63,366 bases of DNA, filler included, from Octopus bimaculoides (GCF_001194135.2; 6 parts of 5 records of this genome joined end to end with filler, not necessarily neighbours in it); one strand, 5' to 3'; positions 12,365 to 26,242 are shown, numbered from the whole stretch's first letter. Numbers and translations are program-made. Notes: generated by a model not told the origin, from the sequence alone.

Positions 12365-12570
12365 ACTTTCTATTATAGGTACAAGGCCTGAAATTTGGGG
12401 TGAGGGATTAAGTCGATTGTATCGACCCCAGTACTCAACTGGTACTTATTTTATCGACTCCGACAGGATAAAAGGCAATGTCGACCTCATCGGAATTTGA
12501 ACTCAGAACACGAAGACGGACGAAATAGCCCTAAGCATTCCGCCCGGTGGGCTTACGTTTCTGCCTTATC
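12365..12570 (-). mobile_element. SINE family B
   Basis: Reverse complement of family B consensus seen elsewhere in the window. Confidence 0.8.
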
Positions 12571-12857
12571 TGTTACCTGTAATATCAACAGAAAGGTAAA
12601 GTTTATATTCCATAATGCCATATTATGTATTAGTCTTCATCTCAGAAATATAGAATCGTAGTACCCTTAATGTTAGTTCAATATTTTCTTTAAGTGCCGT
12701 TCAGTAAACTCGTAGCATTCTAACTTGGATGCTGCCGATGAAATGACCTGGTTACTAATTGACTGACATCGAATTGACTGGACATTATCGAGTTATTTAT
12801 GACAGGCTTTCACCAGTCAGCTTTGAGCATTATATTAGGCATACGTACATATGCCCA

Positions 12858-13520
12858 GCGAATGTGAGTGTACAATCAAAAGTCCAGAAAAAAGAGAAAA
12901 TATATGGCGAATCAATGCGGAACATACAGCTCTTGTACCCTGACTTTGAATTCTCATTTGTACCTATTATCATAGATGTTGTTGGCACTCCGTTGCTTAC
13001 GACGTCGAGGGTTCCTGTTGATCCGATGATCAACGGAACAGCCTGCTCATGAAATTAACGTGCAAGTGGCTGAGCACTCCACAGACACGTGTACCCTTAA
13101 CGTAGTTCTCGGGGATATTCAGCGTGACACAGTGTGACAAGGCTGACCTTTTGAATTACGGGCACAACAGAAACAAGAAGTAAGAGTGAGAGAAAGTTGT
13201 GGTGGAAGCGTACAGCAGGATTTACCACCATCCCCTGCCGGAGCCTCGTGGAGCTTTAGGTGTTTTCGCTCAATAAACACTCACAACGCCCGGTCTGGGA
13301 ATCGAAACCGCGATCCTATGACCGCGAGTCCGCTGCCCTAACCACTGGGCCATTGCGCCTCCACTATCATAGATGTATTAAGCTACGTACCTACAAAAAC
13401 CTAGAAACACTAGGTTTTTCGAAGAAAGAGCAAAAAAAAAAAACTGACTCAGATTTTTCAAACCCAATTCATTAGTAGCACGGTGAAGATTTGTAAGACA
13501 TCCCAAAGATTCTCCAACTG
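12858..13520 (+). pseudogene. RLE-domain C-terminal fragment of a non-LTR retrotransposon (distinct from the Dong copies), split by a SINE
   Basis: ICPANVSVQSKVQKKEKIYGESMRNIQLLYPDFEFSFVPIIIDV, then after the SINE LETLGFSKKEQKK..QTQFISSTVKICKTSQRF. Confidence 0.6.
12980..13364 (-). mobile_element. SINE family C, full length with 12-bp TSD
   Basis: tRNA-like head (GTGGTTAGGGCAGCGGACTCGCGGTCATAGGATCGCGGTTTCGATTCCC on minus), (CAA) tail; TSD TATCATAGATGT at 12968-12979 and 13365-13376. Confidence 0.9.
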
Positions 13521-14352
13521 AAATTCTTTACGTGAATAGAGGCACAAATCTGGGTGTGTGTGCGTCGACAACTCAACCAGCACACCAACTCTTACCACAT
13601 ATTTACACACATTGAGAACTCTCTTAAACCAAAAGCAGACGGTTACATCATGGTTAGAATGTTAGAAATCGTAGAGAGTTCTGATAAAATCACTCGCAGA
13701 CAGCGGCAAGCCTTTCGCCTCACTCAAGCACTATGTCCCTTCTCTCTGCTTGTTCTACAACTATTACAACGACTTCTGAAATTGGCGCTGGCTCATATCA
13801 GTCCACCGCTCATGCATCTTCACTTACTTATCTCTACTCCTCCCTTCACGCATGTTGTTCACAAGGCCAGCCGTTGGCTATTACATATAGTCCTTCCTCC
13901 TCTACTTCTTTCTCTTCCCTCTTCAACTAGCACCACCTCAACTACTACCATCTCAGAGCATCGGACATTTTGCAATATCCCCCCCACATTATGCATACGC
14001 GTTTCCTCGAGTCTTCGATTTGTTACATTTTATGAGGAACTCAACATCATCTCTCTCACCAGTCCAAGAGATGCTATTGGCGCTGCCTCTTCCTCCAAAC
14101 CTACTCTCAACCCACAAAAACTCCTCAATATTTACACGACAGACAAACATGGACTGAGGCACCTATATATCAGTCGCAAATAAAATTCTTACATCTTTAT
14201 AATAGTGTACATGTACATCACATCAGTGTACATGAACAGATGGATATACAAACACTTAAAAATACTTGAAAATACATGTAGGCGGCAAAAGTTTGACTAG
14301 TCCACGCGTGCGCAAACGCTAACACATGCACACACACGCGCACACACACATA

Positions 14353-14411
<59 letters not shown>

Positions 14412-14884
14412 NNNNNNNNNNNNNNNNNNNNNNNNNNNNNNNNNNNNNNNNNNNNNNNNNNNNNNNNNNNNNNNNNNNNNNNNNNNNNNNNNNNNNNNNN
14501 NNNNNNNNNNNNNNNNNNNNNNNNNNNNNNNNNNNNNNNNNNNNNNNNNNNNNNNNNNNNNNNNNNNNNNNNNNNNNNNNNNNNNNNNNNNNNNNNNNNN
14601 NNNNNNNNNNNNNNNNNNNNNNNNNNNNNNNNNNNNNNNNNNNNNNNNNNNNNNNNNNNNNNNNNNNNNNNNNNNNNNNNNNNNNNNNNNNNNNNNNNNN
14701 NNNNNNNNNNNNNNNNNNNNNNNNNNNNNNNNNNNNNNNNNNNNNNNNNNNNNNNNNNNNNNNNNNNNNNNNNNNNNNNNNNNNNNNNNNNNNNNNNNNN
14801 NNNNNNNNNNNNNNNNNNNNNNNNNNNNNNNNNNNNNNNNNNNNNNNNNNNNNNNNNNNNNNNNNNNNNNNNNNNNNNNNNNNN

Positions 14885-15170
14885 GGATTTGGTAGACGGA
14901 AATTGAAAGAAGCCCGTCGTATATATGTATATATATGTATATGTATGTGTGTGTATATGTTTGTCTGTCTGTGCTTGTCCCCCCAACATCGCTTGACAAC
15001 CGATGCTGGTGTGTTTACGTCCCCGTAACTTAGTGGTTCGGCAAAAAGAGACCGATAGAATAAGTACTAGATTTACAAAGAATAAGTCCTGGGGTCGATT
15101 TTCTCGACTAAAGGCGGTGCTCTAGCATGGCCGCAGTCAAATGACTGAAACGAGTAAAAGAGTAAAAGAG
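14885..15170 (+). mobile_element. SINE family A (5' part in gap)
   Basis: GGATTTGGTAGACGGAAATTGAAAGAAGCCCGTCG, microsatellite and 3' module. Confidence 0.85.
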
Positions 15171-15491
15171 TAATATATGATTATGTATGTATTATATATG
15201 TATAAATGTGTGTGTATGTATGTATGTATGTATGTATGTATGTATGCGTATATGTGTGTATGTATATGCGACATACATATTCACATTCATTTATGCATGT
15301 ACGTATACAATTCTTTACACATTCTCATCACGTATGCATATATATATATACATATATACATATATATATATNNNNNNNNNNNNNNNNNNNNNNNNNNNNN
15401 NNNNNNNNNNNNNNNNNNNNNNNNNNNNNNNNNNNNNNNNNNNNNNNNNNNNNNNNNNNNNNNNNNNNNNNAAGAGAGTATATATATATAT

Positions 15492-15522
<31 letters not shown>

Positions 15523-15650
15523 GTCATTTCAAATAAACGAATAATAAAAGGGCACGCACAAGGAATGTATTTGTTTGACGCTCAGTTAAAAGAGAGAGAT
15601 TTTGACGCTTCGAACATAACTCTTCGTCGGAAAGGAGAAAGGAAGAAGTC
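15523..15650 (-). mobile_element. Short hammerhead-bearing element (Penelope pLTR-like), degenerate copy
   Basis: Minus strand CCGACGA-AGAGTTATGTTC-GAAGCGTC followed by CTGAGCGTCAAACAAATAC; ends at ACT(AT)n; homologous to 34972-35105 and 54260-54426. Confidence 0.6.
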
Positions 15651-15904
15651 AAAAGAAAGAAACGTAATCGCCAACAGCACGTGTGTAGTTACATATGTGT
15701 ACATATGCACACACTCACACGCACACGCATGCACATACACATACACACACACAAACACAAACACATAATATTGTTCAATTGTTGGTTATGGCTGATCAGC
15801 GAGTTACCATTGATCTCACACCTATAATACTCTTAGTAGTATAGGTGACTCGTCAGACCCGCTCACTGCAAGTACATGACCCTCTCTCTCTCTCTTTGTG
15901 TGTG

Positions 15905-15946
<42 letters not shown>

Positions 15947-16794
15947 NNNNNNNNNNNNNNNNNNNNNNNNNNNNNNNNNNNNNNNNNNNNNNNNNNNNNN
16001 NNNNNNNNNNNNNNNNNNNNNNNNNNNNNNNNNNNNNNNNNNNNNNNNNNNNNNNNNNNNNNNNNNNNNNNNNNNNNNNNNNNNNNNNNNNNNNNNNNNN
16101 NNNNNNNNNNNNNNNNNNNNNNNNNNNNNNNNNNNNNNNNNNNNNNNNNNNNNNNNNNNNNNNNNNNNNNNNNNNNNNNNNNNNNNNNNNNNNNNNNNNN
16201 NNNNNNNNNNNNNNNNNNNNNNNNNNNNNNNNNNNNNNNNNNNNNNNNNNNNNNNNNNNNNNNNNNNNNNNNNNNNNNNNNNNNNNNNNNNNNNNNNNNN
16301 NNNNNNNNNNNNNNNNNNNNNNNNNNNNNNNNNNNNNNNNNNNNNNNNNNNNNNNNNNNNNNNNNNNNNNNNNNNNNNNNNNNNNNNNNNNNNNNNNNNN
16401 NNNNNNNNNNNNNNNNNNNNNNNNNNNNNNNNNNNNNNNNNNNNNNNNNNNNNNNNNNNNNNNNNNNNNNNNNNNNNNNNNNNNNNNNNNNNNNNNNNNN
16501 NNNNNNNNNNNNNNNNNNNNNNNNNNNNNNNNNNNNNNNNNNNNNNNNNNNNNNNNNNNNNNNNNNNNNNNNNNNNNNNNNNNNNNNNNNNNNNNNNNNN
16601 NNNNNNNNNNNNNNNNNNNNNNNNNNNNNNNNNNNNNNNNNNNNNNNNNNNNNNNNNNNNNNNNNNNNNNNNNNNNNNNNNNNNNNNNNNNNNNNNNNNN
16701 NNNNNNNNNNNNNNAATGAGAAGTCTACCATCGTGTCAGAGCTTGGAAAAAGAAAAACAACTAAATACAAATATATATAAAAAAAAATACTAGG

Positions 16795-17150
16795 AAGAGA
16801 TTACCGAACAGTGAAGAAATTTATGCAGTCTTCTCTTCCGGTCGAGGGGAGATAAAGGTAATTCGAGGGTTGCTTCGAATCGTACTTTGTCACGTATGAA
16901 AAGGGAAGTTGTGCGGAACCCATGTCTGACAAGGGGGGAAGTCTTCAAACGTTGTGGCAGGGAAGACGTATCGAAAACTACCAAGTGTCGCCTCTTGAAG
17001 CAGGTAGCCAGGAATGTTAAACCTGTTACAAGGCCCCCTCTGAAGGCTGTTCATAAGCAGAAGAGAATGAAATGGGCAGAAGAATACATGAAGATAGATT
17101 TTTCAACAGGTCTCTTCACTGACGAATACTGTGCTACCCTTGACACTCAC
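16795..17150 (+). pseudogene. Tc1-like transposase fragment
   Basis: KREVVRNPCLTRGEVF..VSKTTKCRLLKQVA..RPPLKAVHKQKRMKWAEEYMKIDFSTGLFTDE (HTH plus first catalytic D). Confidence 0.75.
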
Positions 17151-17569
17151 CACATCAAACCATTATAATTGTAACAGCTCTAACAATGCAGTACCTATTT
17201 TGTTCTACTATTATTCTCTGAGGATTCGTTCTTTGCTCTCAGTTTTAGCTGTTTCTATCCATAAACTTCTGCCATATCCATGATGAAGCGTATTTACTTC
17301 CTTTTTCCAGCTTTTTGAAGTCATTGTCTCTTCTATCTTTCCTTAGTCCTATGCTATTTTGACTCTAGCTATAAATCAACTTCATCTTTCCTCTACTGGA
17401 AACATTGTACACAGCCAATCATTGTGCTTCCCACGCTTTCATAAGTGTCATCACCCTGCTTAGAATCGTCAAACATTCAATCGGCTGCTGTTACTCAATT
17501 ATGGCGGCACTTTAAGCCCTTAGTCTTGCAAGTTACAAAGCGATGTTTACTGTTCCTGGTGTCACGAAA

Positions 17570-17712
17570 ATAGATTCCAGTACACGTTGTAAAGTGATTG
17601 ACATAAGGAAGGACATCAAGTCATAGAAACCATGCCAAGCAGACACGTCAGATTCTGTTGAACAGTCCAAACCTTATCAATATAGAAGTCAGTTGTTTAC
17701 ATACGATGATAA
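17570..17712 (+). mobile_element. Decayed RTE-tailed (Ceph-like) SINE 3' part
   Basis: Similar to 59910-60112 (GTAAAGTG..AGGAAGGACATC..AGAAACCATGCCAA), ends in GATGAT. Confidence 0.45.
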
Positions 17713-17884
17713 TTACACACACACACACTTTTTCTTTTCTTTACTAGTTTCAACTCGATAGTTGCGGTCGTTTATTTACTTCGTCAAAGTACTGTGCAAT
17801 TGAATCAAACCTGAAACCAAATGGTTACCGAGGGAATTACTTAATCACATAGCCAAAGCCGCGTCTACACCCATATATGTATGT

Positions 17885-18210
17885 ATATAGTACTCCGCCG
17901 GTTATGGCGGCGAGGGTTCCAGTTGGTCCGGTCAACGGAACAGACTGCTCATAAAATTAACGTCCATATGGCTAAGCACTTCAGAGACACGTGTACCCTT
18001 AATGTAGTTCTCACGGAGATTCAGCGTGACACAGAGTGTGACAAGGCTGGCCCTTTGAAAATACAGGTACAACTCATTATTGCCAGGTGAGTGAACTGGA
18101 GGAACATGAAATAAAGTGTCTTGCTCAAGGGCACAACGCGTCACTAAAAATTGAACTGACGACCTCGCGATCGTGAGCTGGATACCCTAACCACTAAGCC
18201 ACACACCTTC
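17885..18210 (-). mobile_element. SINE family C
   Basis: Head GTGGCTTAGTGGTTAGGGTAT, CORE-like TTGTGCCCTTGAGCAAGACACTT, 3' domain shared with 12980-13364. Confidence 0.85.
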
Positions 18211-18294
18211 TCTCTACATCCATACTTTCTGGAGATGAAACGAATATATACTAATCTCTTAAAATTTCAATATTTCCAGCTTTCTTAGCTGTAT

Positions 18295-18460
18295 TTCGAC
18301 TGCCTTTACGTTATGAGTTCAAATTCCGCCCAGGTCGACTTTGTCTTTCATATTTTCGGGGTCGATAAATTAAGAACCAGTTGCGTACTAGTGCCGATCT
18401 AATCGACTGGCCAACTCCCCCGAAAAAATTTCGGGCCTTGTGCCTAAAGTAGAAAAGAAT
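18295..18460 (+). mobile_element. SINE family B
   Basis: TTCAAATTCCGCCCAGGTCGACTTTGTCTTTCAT..GGGGTCGATAAATTAAG..; tail GTGCCTAAAGTAGAAAAGAAT. Confidence 0.8.
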
Positions 18461-19096
18461 ATTTCCAGCTTTCTTTATATTCGACACTATTCTATTTGCT
18501 GAGTAAATATCTGCAGAATATTCTTCTTACCTTCGCAAATCTTGGAGGTAACTTAACTGTCAATGTCTTAGAACCAGTCTTAATGTTTTCCTCAAAGAAT
18601 ATATATAACCGACAGTAACGACGTGCAAGATTTGCTTGATAGCTGATGTGTTCAATACGTATAGTGCCAAGGAAACAACAGAACAGCAGTACATCATCAA
18701 TAATAATGTTATACAAACTGGCAACTCTTCAGTCAAAAGATATACATACTTTATAATCACTCATCCATTACGCTCTTCCATGTACCCGGTAAACAGATAT
18801 CACACGTAAACTATTTGTGTGATCTGAATAAAGGTGCACTTGAATAGCACACGTGTCAGGCACGAAGCGATCAATCAAGGGAAGCCTTCGGTAAAACAGA
18901 GAAATTCAGTATACTAACTGAACCGTATAATAGTAGCTTGTGAGCAGTACAGCAGCCAAAAGCCAAATTCTTCATCGCTCTTTATTTCATAGTTTACCTT
19001 AAGATTTGAGAATTATTATGTTTCCAGCAGCAACACGATATCAATGACAACGCATGCAAAATAACATTTACAACAACAACAACGACAACAACAACG

Positions 19097-19156
<60 letters not shown>

Positions 19157-19194
19157 GTAATAATAATGATGATGATGATGATGATGATGATGAT
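19097..19194. repeat. (AAT)n(GAT)n microsatellite at the 5' junction of an R4 copy
   Basis: Direct reading. Confidence 0.95.
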
Positions 19195-21144
19195 GTAAGA
19201 ATTTCATATGGTATTTTCCAGGGTGACTCTCTATCACCACTCCTCTTTCATCTAGTCTAAAATACCTCTTTCGAAATTGCTCGATGACGTACAACATAGC
19301 TATAAAATCTTTGATAAAGATATAAATCAACTCTTTTACATGGATGATATAAAGCTCTTCGTAAAAATGACCAACTACTACAGGGCTTACTAGCAATTGT
19401 TAAGCAGTTCAGTGATGACATCAGGATGCAGTTTGGCCTCGATAAATGTGCAAAAGCTACCTTTTTCAGAAGAAAAATGAAAGAAACATCCAACGTTAAT
19501 CTTGAACCAACAGAATGTTATAAAGGAGTTAGAACCAGCGGAGAGCTAAAAATACCTAGGAGTATTTGAAGGTGATGGAATTAAGCATTCAATGGTGAAG
19601 GAAAAGATCGGAAAAGAATGTTATCGCAGAGTAAGGGCAATACACAAGACAGAGCTGAATGCAAGAAACAGGATCGAAGCGATCAATACTTTAGCCATAC
19701 CGGTCGTGACTTACAATTTCAATATTATAAACTCGTCAATTATTGAAATCTATAACCGTGACAGAAAATACGAAAATTGTTGACAATGCATAGAATGCAC
19801 CACCCTAAGGTAAATATATAACCTGCCTAGAAAAGAGGGTGGCCGTTTACTTTTACAACTGGAACTAACAATAAAGATTGCCACAGTTGGCCTAAGCACC
19901 TACCTGAAAGATTCTAATGATTGGATGTTAAAACTTGTCTTAATGTATGAAAAAAACAATCATACTCAGTAACAAAGCAAAGAAATATCTAAGTGAATTC
20001 CAGATACAAATCCCAGAATTAGACGTACTGGAAACAGGCACAGAAAAAGCTAAGCTTATGAAAACGCGTGCTAAAACTGCTGCCTTAGATATTCTCACTG
20101 ACAAATGGCAAGAAAAACCTCTTAATGGCAAATACACAAAGAGAGCTAATAACGCCGATGTTGACAAAGCCCTTATCCATCCATGGTTTGCGTCTTCTGG
20201 CTTAAAACCCGAGACAGAAGGGCTTATCATAGCAGCCCAAGATCAATGTCTACCTATAAGAAGCCACCTGGCCAACATCCTAAAGAACGGCAGTAGCCCA
20301 ACATGTGTATGTAAGCAACAAAATGAAACCATTGATCGTATTGTCTCCATTTGCAGTCTTCTTGCACCTACAGAGTATCTCAACAGGCATGATAGAGCAG
20401 CACAGTATATTCACTGGGTAATTTGCAAAGACTTGCACCCGCCCGATGATAAAAACTGGTGGGAACACAAACCACCGCCAGTGCTTGAAAATGACCACGT
20501 CTCACTCCTTTGAAACTTCAATCAAACTGACAGAAAGATAGATACAAATACGCCAGGCATTATATTGAAGGACTTCAGACAAAAATCATGCCTCCTCATC
20601 GATATAACTGTCCCAATCGACATAAATGTATTTCTCAAGACCTACCAAAAACTGAGCAAGTATAAAGATCTTGAAATAGAAATCGGCAAAATGTGGAATC
20701 TCAAGACTAAAACAATTCCTGTTGTCGTATGTACCCTAGGAATGATAGTAAAAGGGGCTGCAAATCCCAAATCCCAAAATGGAAGAAATTCAAAATATAG
20801 TGCTCATGGCAACTGCCCACATCCTACGTAAAATATTGTCTATGTAATCCCCAAAATATTTTAATCTGTAAACAGTGTCAAAATACATTTAGATGTACAT
20901 AATAACAAACACTTTTTTACTGTCATCTTCACATCAGACTATCCCCTTATAACCGAATTACTATTAAAGCAAACTTCTAATTTATTTATGTTTTAACAGA
21001 CATTCTCTAGAACAATACTCTGTGCAAAACCAAATATATAGCACCCTAGTCATAACACCAACTTGAACTTTTAACTTATTGTCTCTTGGGGTCTTTGGGT
21101 GAGACTTGGAGTCAACTTGTACAAATACAAAGCAAAAGCCAAAC

Positions 21145-21147
<3 letters not shown>
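19195..21147 (+). mobile_element. R4/Dong retrotransposon, 5'-truncated in RT, subfamily 4
   Basis: VRISYGIFQGDSLSPLLF, FYMDDIKLF, KTELNARNRIEAINTLAIPV, LKPETEGLIIAAQDQ, CCHC region, RHDRAAQYIHW, TPGIILKD..LLIDITVP, TAHILRKILSM*; 3' UTR then (AAT)n. Confidence 0.9.

Positions 21148-21217
<70 letters not shown>
21148..21217. repeat. (AAT)n microsatellite separating two tandem R4 copies
   Basis: Direct reading. Confidence 0.95.
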
Positions 21218-23062
21218 CCACACATGGATCCTGGGAACACTAGCCATGAACAAGCACCAATAATCATAAAATATATAAAACATTCCATGAATAAATGACA
21301 GACAGTGCTACAACTCCAGACAAAAGAGGGACTCATAAAAACCAAAGCCATTCCCATTAGAAGAGGAATATTCCAGGGAGACACGCTCTCTCCACTCCCT
21401 TTCTGCTTGGCACTGACACTTTTATCTTACAGGCTAAACAGAACTGGATGTGGATACAACTGTTACGGAAAAGCAATCAGCCACTTCTTATATATGGATG
21501 ATCTAAAACTGTACGCTCCAAATGATAAACAGCTGGAAACGTTACTACAGGCAGTACATGGGGTTACTGTGCAGAAATAAACATGCCAAAGCAACATTGG
21601 AAAGAGGAAAACTAGTTAACAGTAGCAACAACACACTAGATAAAGCAAATGAAATAAGAGAATTTGACCAAAGCCAGACGTACAAATACTTAGGAATCAA
21701 TGAACTAATATGATACAACACACACAAATGAAAATGAAGATAAAAAAGGAATACTATAGACAAGTCAGATTGATATTGAAAACAGAGCCCAATGCGAAAA
21801 ACAAGATGATAGGTATCAACTCTCTAGCCGTCTCAGTTACAGCTACAATATTCTTAACTGGACTCTAAATGAACTAAACAAAATAGACAGGAAAACAAGA
21901 AAAATAATGATAGGATTTAAGATGCACCACCCAAAATCTGACATAGAAAAGTTATATATACAACGTATCGAAGGCCTTATACAGCCAAGAAACTATTACA
22001 AAATAACTACCATACAGAAATACCAACTTCAGAAGCAAGGAAAACTTACAAATAGCCACAAAACACGAACAAAACAAAACAAAAAAACTATTTTCACTCT
22101 TTAAGGAAGCTGACAAATACAAAATAGAAGTCATAGTACCTAACAACTATGAAGAAAAAGAAGAAACAACGAAAGCTGTAAAATAACTGAAATCCAAACT
22201 AAAACTGCAACAGCAACGAATCACGATAAAACCATGGCAAGAAAAGCCCCTTCATAATAAATACTGGGTTAAACTAAACAGAAAAGTAATAGACAAAGCA
22301 AAATCCTAACAATGGCTGAGAAGCAGAGATTGAAGGATTTTTAATTGCTGCACAAGATCAAAGCTTTCCAACCAGAAATTACCAAAAACATGTAATGAAA
22401 TGAAATACAAGTAACTTCTTAATATGTGGAGATGGAGAAGAAACAATAAATCATATTGTCTCTGGCTGCCCAGTCCTGGCTAAGAAGGAATATATTCACA
22501 GACACGACAGAGTTGGGACCTATATATACTGGAAACTATGCCAACACTTTGGAATAACAACAGGAAAAAGATGATATACACATACGCCAGAAAAGGTCAC
22601 AGAAAATGAAAAAACAACCCACAGGTAGAACATCAAGGCCAATAGGTTGGATATAGTTGTCAGAGATCACCAAGAAAAAAGATGCTTTCTAATCAATGCA
22701 TCAATACCAACAGACAACAATGTTTCTCTAAAAGAAATGGAGAAACTTTCAAAATACAAAGATCTGCAAATAGAGGTAACCCGATTGTAGAGTCTAAAAA
22801 CAGAAACAATTCCTATCATAGAAGGCGCATTAGGTATGATAAAAATAATATTCAGACAAATACATAACAAAAATACCAGGATTAACAAGTATAACATATA
22901 GAAAATGCACTACTAGGCACCGCACACATCCTACGTAAAACACTTTCAATACAGTAAAAATAAGAGCATCACAACAAACCACAGCACATACCCAAGGCAC
23001 ACAGAGCCGCGCTCGGTAGAGTAATAAAGGCACGTGATAAAAATAAACACTGCTGAAGAATA
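21218..23062 (+). mobile_element. R4/Dong retrotransposon, 5'-truncated in RT, subfamily 2
   Basis: IPIRRGIFQGDTLSPLPFCLAL, HFLYMDDLKLYA, MHHPKSDIEKLYI, IAAQDQ, RHDRVGTYIYW, DIVVRDHQEKRCFLINASIP; ends CACTGCTGAAG then (AAT/AAC)n. Confidence 0.9.
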
Positions 23063-23087
23063 ACAATAACAACAACAATAATAATAA

Positions 23088-23295
23088 TACTTTCTACTAT
23101 AGGCACAAGGCCTGAAATTTGGGGGAGGGAAATAGTCGATTACATCGATCCTAGTGTTTCACTGATAATTATCGACCCTGAAAGGATGAAAAGCAAAGTC
23201 GACCCCAGCGGAATTCGAACGCAGAACCTAAAGACCGACGAAATGCCATTAAGCATTTTGCCCGGCGTGTTAACGATTCTGCCAGCTCGCCATCC
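23088..23295 (-). mobile_element. SINE family B
   Basis: Reverse complement of family B consensus. Confidence 0.8.
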
Positions 23296-23380
23296 TAATG
23301 ATTATAATATTAATCCTTCCTACTAAAGGCACAAGGNNNNNNNNNNNNNNNNNNNNNNNNNNNNNNNNNNNNNNNNNNNN

Positions 23381-23392
23381 TTAATTAATTAA
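23381..23392. other. Artificial scaffold-join linker TTAATTAATTAA (also 40280, 46127, 57809, 62239)
   Basis: Each sits in a 44N-12nt-44N = 100-bp block; stop codons in all six frames; not biological. Confidence 0.9.
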
Positions 23393-24250
23393 NNNNNNNN
23401 NNNNNNNNNNNNNNNNNNNNNNNNNNNNNNNNNNNNATATATATATATATATATATACTCGCTATATATGCACACATATATGTATATATATTATTACATA
23501 TATATATATATTCATGTATATGTTTATATATATATGTGTCTGTATGTATATGTATATATGTATGTATATATTCATGCATACACACATACATACATACATA
23601 CATACATACATACATACATACATGCATGCATACATGCATAGATTGACGTCAAAAATAACGTGAGTTGAGCTGAGGTGAGATAAGGGGGAAAGAAAAAGCA
23701 TTTTTTCAAGTTTAAGATAACAATAGAAAGTCACTGCAAATAACCAATCATAAAGTACGTGTGAATCGTAAAGTTTGTTCTCTGGTTATTTACAGACTGA
23801 AATGAAAAACATTATCCGAAACGTTCTCATACTCCATAGAAGTTGTGTGAAAATATTTCAAGAATTAAAATTAAGACTTTTGTAATTATTCTGAATTTTC
23901 TTTGCGGTTTGTTTTATATTATATTATATTATATTATATTATATTATATTATATTATATTGTTTTTCATTTCGTGCTCATTTTTTATTTGTTTGTGTGTT
24001 TGTCTTTGTTCGGAGTTGTTTGTTTTTTGGGGGTTTTTTTTGCTTTGTTTTGTTTTGTTTTGTTTTTTTGTTTTGAAGGTTGGAGTGATTACGTTACCAT
24101 TTCCTTTTTTTGTGTTTAAAGTTTACTATCGAGTGTACTAACGTACACACGCATATAATACATTAATATATGCATGTATATATATATATTTATATATATA
24201 TATATATNNNNNNNNNNNNNNNNNNNNNNNNNNNNNNNNNNNNNNNNNNN

Positions 24251-24300
<50 letters not shown>

Positions 24301-24639
24301 CATTAATTCGAGGTTGTGACTTCAATCGATCGTTCCTGTGATATCCCTCTTCCGTTTTCACAGCGACTGAAACAGAAACAACAAATTTCTGGTGGTTCCC
24401 GGATGTTCGCTCTAACGCCCATTGGTCAGTTCGTTTGGTGTCACGTGGCATGTTATTCAAGAAAGCTTTTGTCGAGAGTGATGCAATACGCACGGGTGAT
24501 GCAATACGCGTCTCTCTTCAAGGCTTCGTATCCTCCAAAAGAACATGTAGTCTGCACCTCTTTCACAGAGTTTGTCTTCGCCTGATAGCTTGGTCTGGCT
24601 GGGAACAGCAATGTCGATGAATTTCGTAACCCTGCCACC

Positions 24640-25492
24640 TCGGGCTGAAAGTGCTGGACAAATTCACCTACTTTGGAAACCTACTGTTCCAAACCATCGT
24701 CTTTGAGGATGAAGTGATAGCCAAATTCGCCAAGGCTGTGTGGGACAAGACAGGTATCACTCTTTAAATAAATATTAAGGTCTACCGGGCTGTAGTTCTC
24801 ACAACACTAATATTTGGCTGCGAAGCATAAAATGTCTACCATTAGCATGCAATGAAGCTGAAGAATTTCCGTACAACCTACCTCAGAAAAATTTTTGGAA
24901 ACAAATGACAAAGAATTTCACGAATGTGAGGCATGGGACTATCAACGATATGCAAGGAAGCTGAAACATTTTCATGCCCCTTACTTCATAAAATTTTTGG
25001 CATCAAGTAGGAGGACAGGGTTCCTGTTATAGATGCACCAATTCGAGCTGAACTATTTGGCAGCCACAAAATCCTGCTGCAATCAGAACTGGTGCAATCA
25101 GAGCGAGTCATGTAGTTCGTGTGCCAAACCATCAGCTCCCAAAGAAACTGTTCTACGATTCTCAAAGAAACTCCAGCGCAATAAATGCACCCAAGGGGAC
25201 TAAAAAGTGCTACAGAAGCTCACTGACAGCTCCACAAGACACCTTTAACATCGTAAGGAGTGGGGACAAACAGTCAACAATGTCGCTAACAGAGTGACTG
25301 AGGCCAATAGAGTGACTGCAGCTGAGCAATGCAGACAGATCAGAAAGGAGAAATGCCATCACCTTCTCACGGTTGTCGTCTGCTCATCCTGTTCATGCAG
25401 CTGAAGACATTTCCGTTGCGTAGATTCGACTAACTGGCCATTTGCGTGCGCATTCATAATGTCCGATCACCCTAGTTGGAGACGAGATGGTC
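24640..25492 (+). pseudogene. RTE (BovB-like) LINE 3' fragment, decayed
   Basis: LKVLDKFTYFG, IKVYRAVVLTTLIFGCEA, HQLPKKLFY; short 3' end before (GA)n. Confidence 0.7.
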
Positions 25493-25547
25493 TGTATGGA
25501 GTGGAAGGAGAAACAGCATGAGAATGTATGTAATGTGTGTGTGTGTG

Positions 25548-25706
<159 letters not shown>

Positions 25707-25810
25707 TGTGTGTGTGTATAGAGCAATGTGTATTTGCATATAAAGATACATGCATATAATTTATACACACTTACACACAATGCAAACACACATACACACA
25801 CATATATATC

Positions 25811-25844
<34 letters not shown>

Positions 25845-26197
25845 TGTATGTATGTATACTTGTGTATATGTATGTTCATACATACATACATACAAGACAC
25901 AACAATGAAATGCGACGTACCCGACTTTCAGATAATGAGGGGGTTCTTTTTTGTACGCTTAGAATATTATTCCAAATATGGAATCAATGGTTATTTTTGC
26001 AATTCAACCATGTGATGCCATCAAAGAATTGAAACCATTTTTAATTTCTTCGCGTGTTGATGGTGTGTCTATCTGCATGCCGCTTGTTTTTTACATTCTA
26101 TTACAGTACAAAATGAACATTGCAGTAGATACGCCTTCTCCCACCCTCACCCCGGCATCTCTCTCCTCCTCTCTCTTTTACTTTCTTCCTTTTCTTC

Positions 26198-26242
<45 letters not shown>

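Noticed and set aside
13554-14183. 209-aa ORF
   Set aside because: No recognisable motif; GTG start and C/T-rich composition; may be decayed TE sequence
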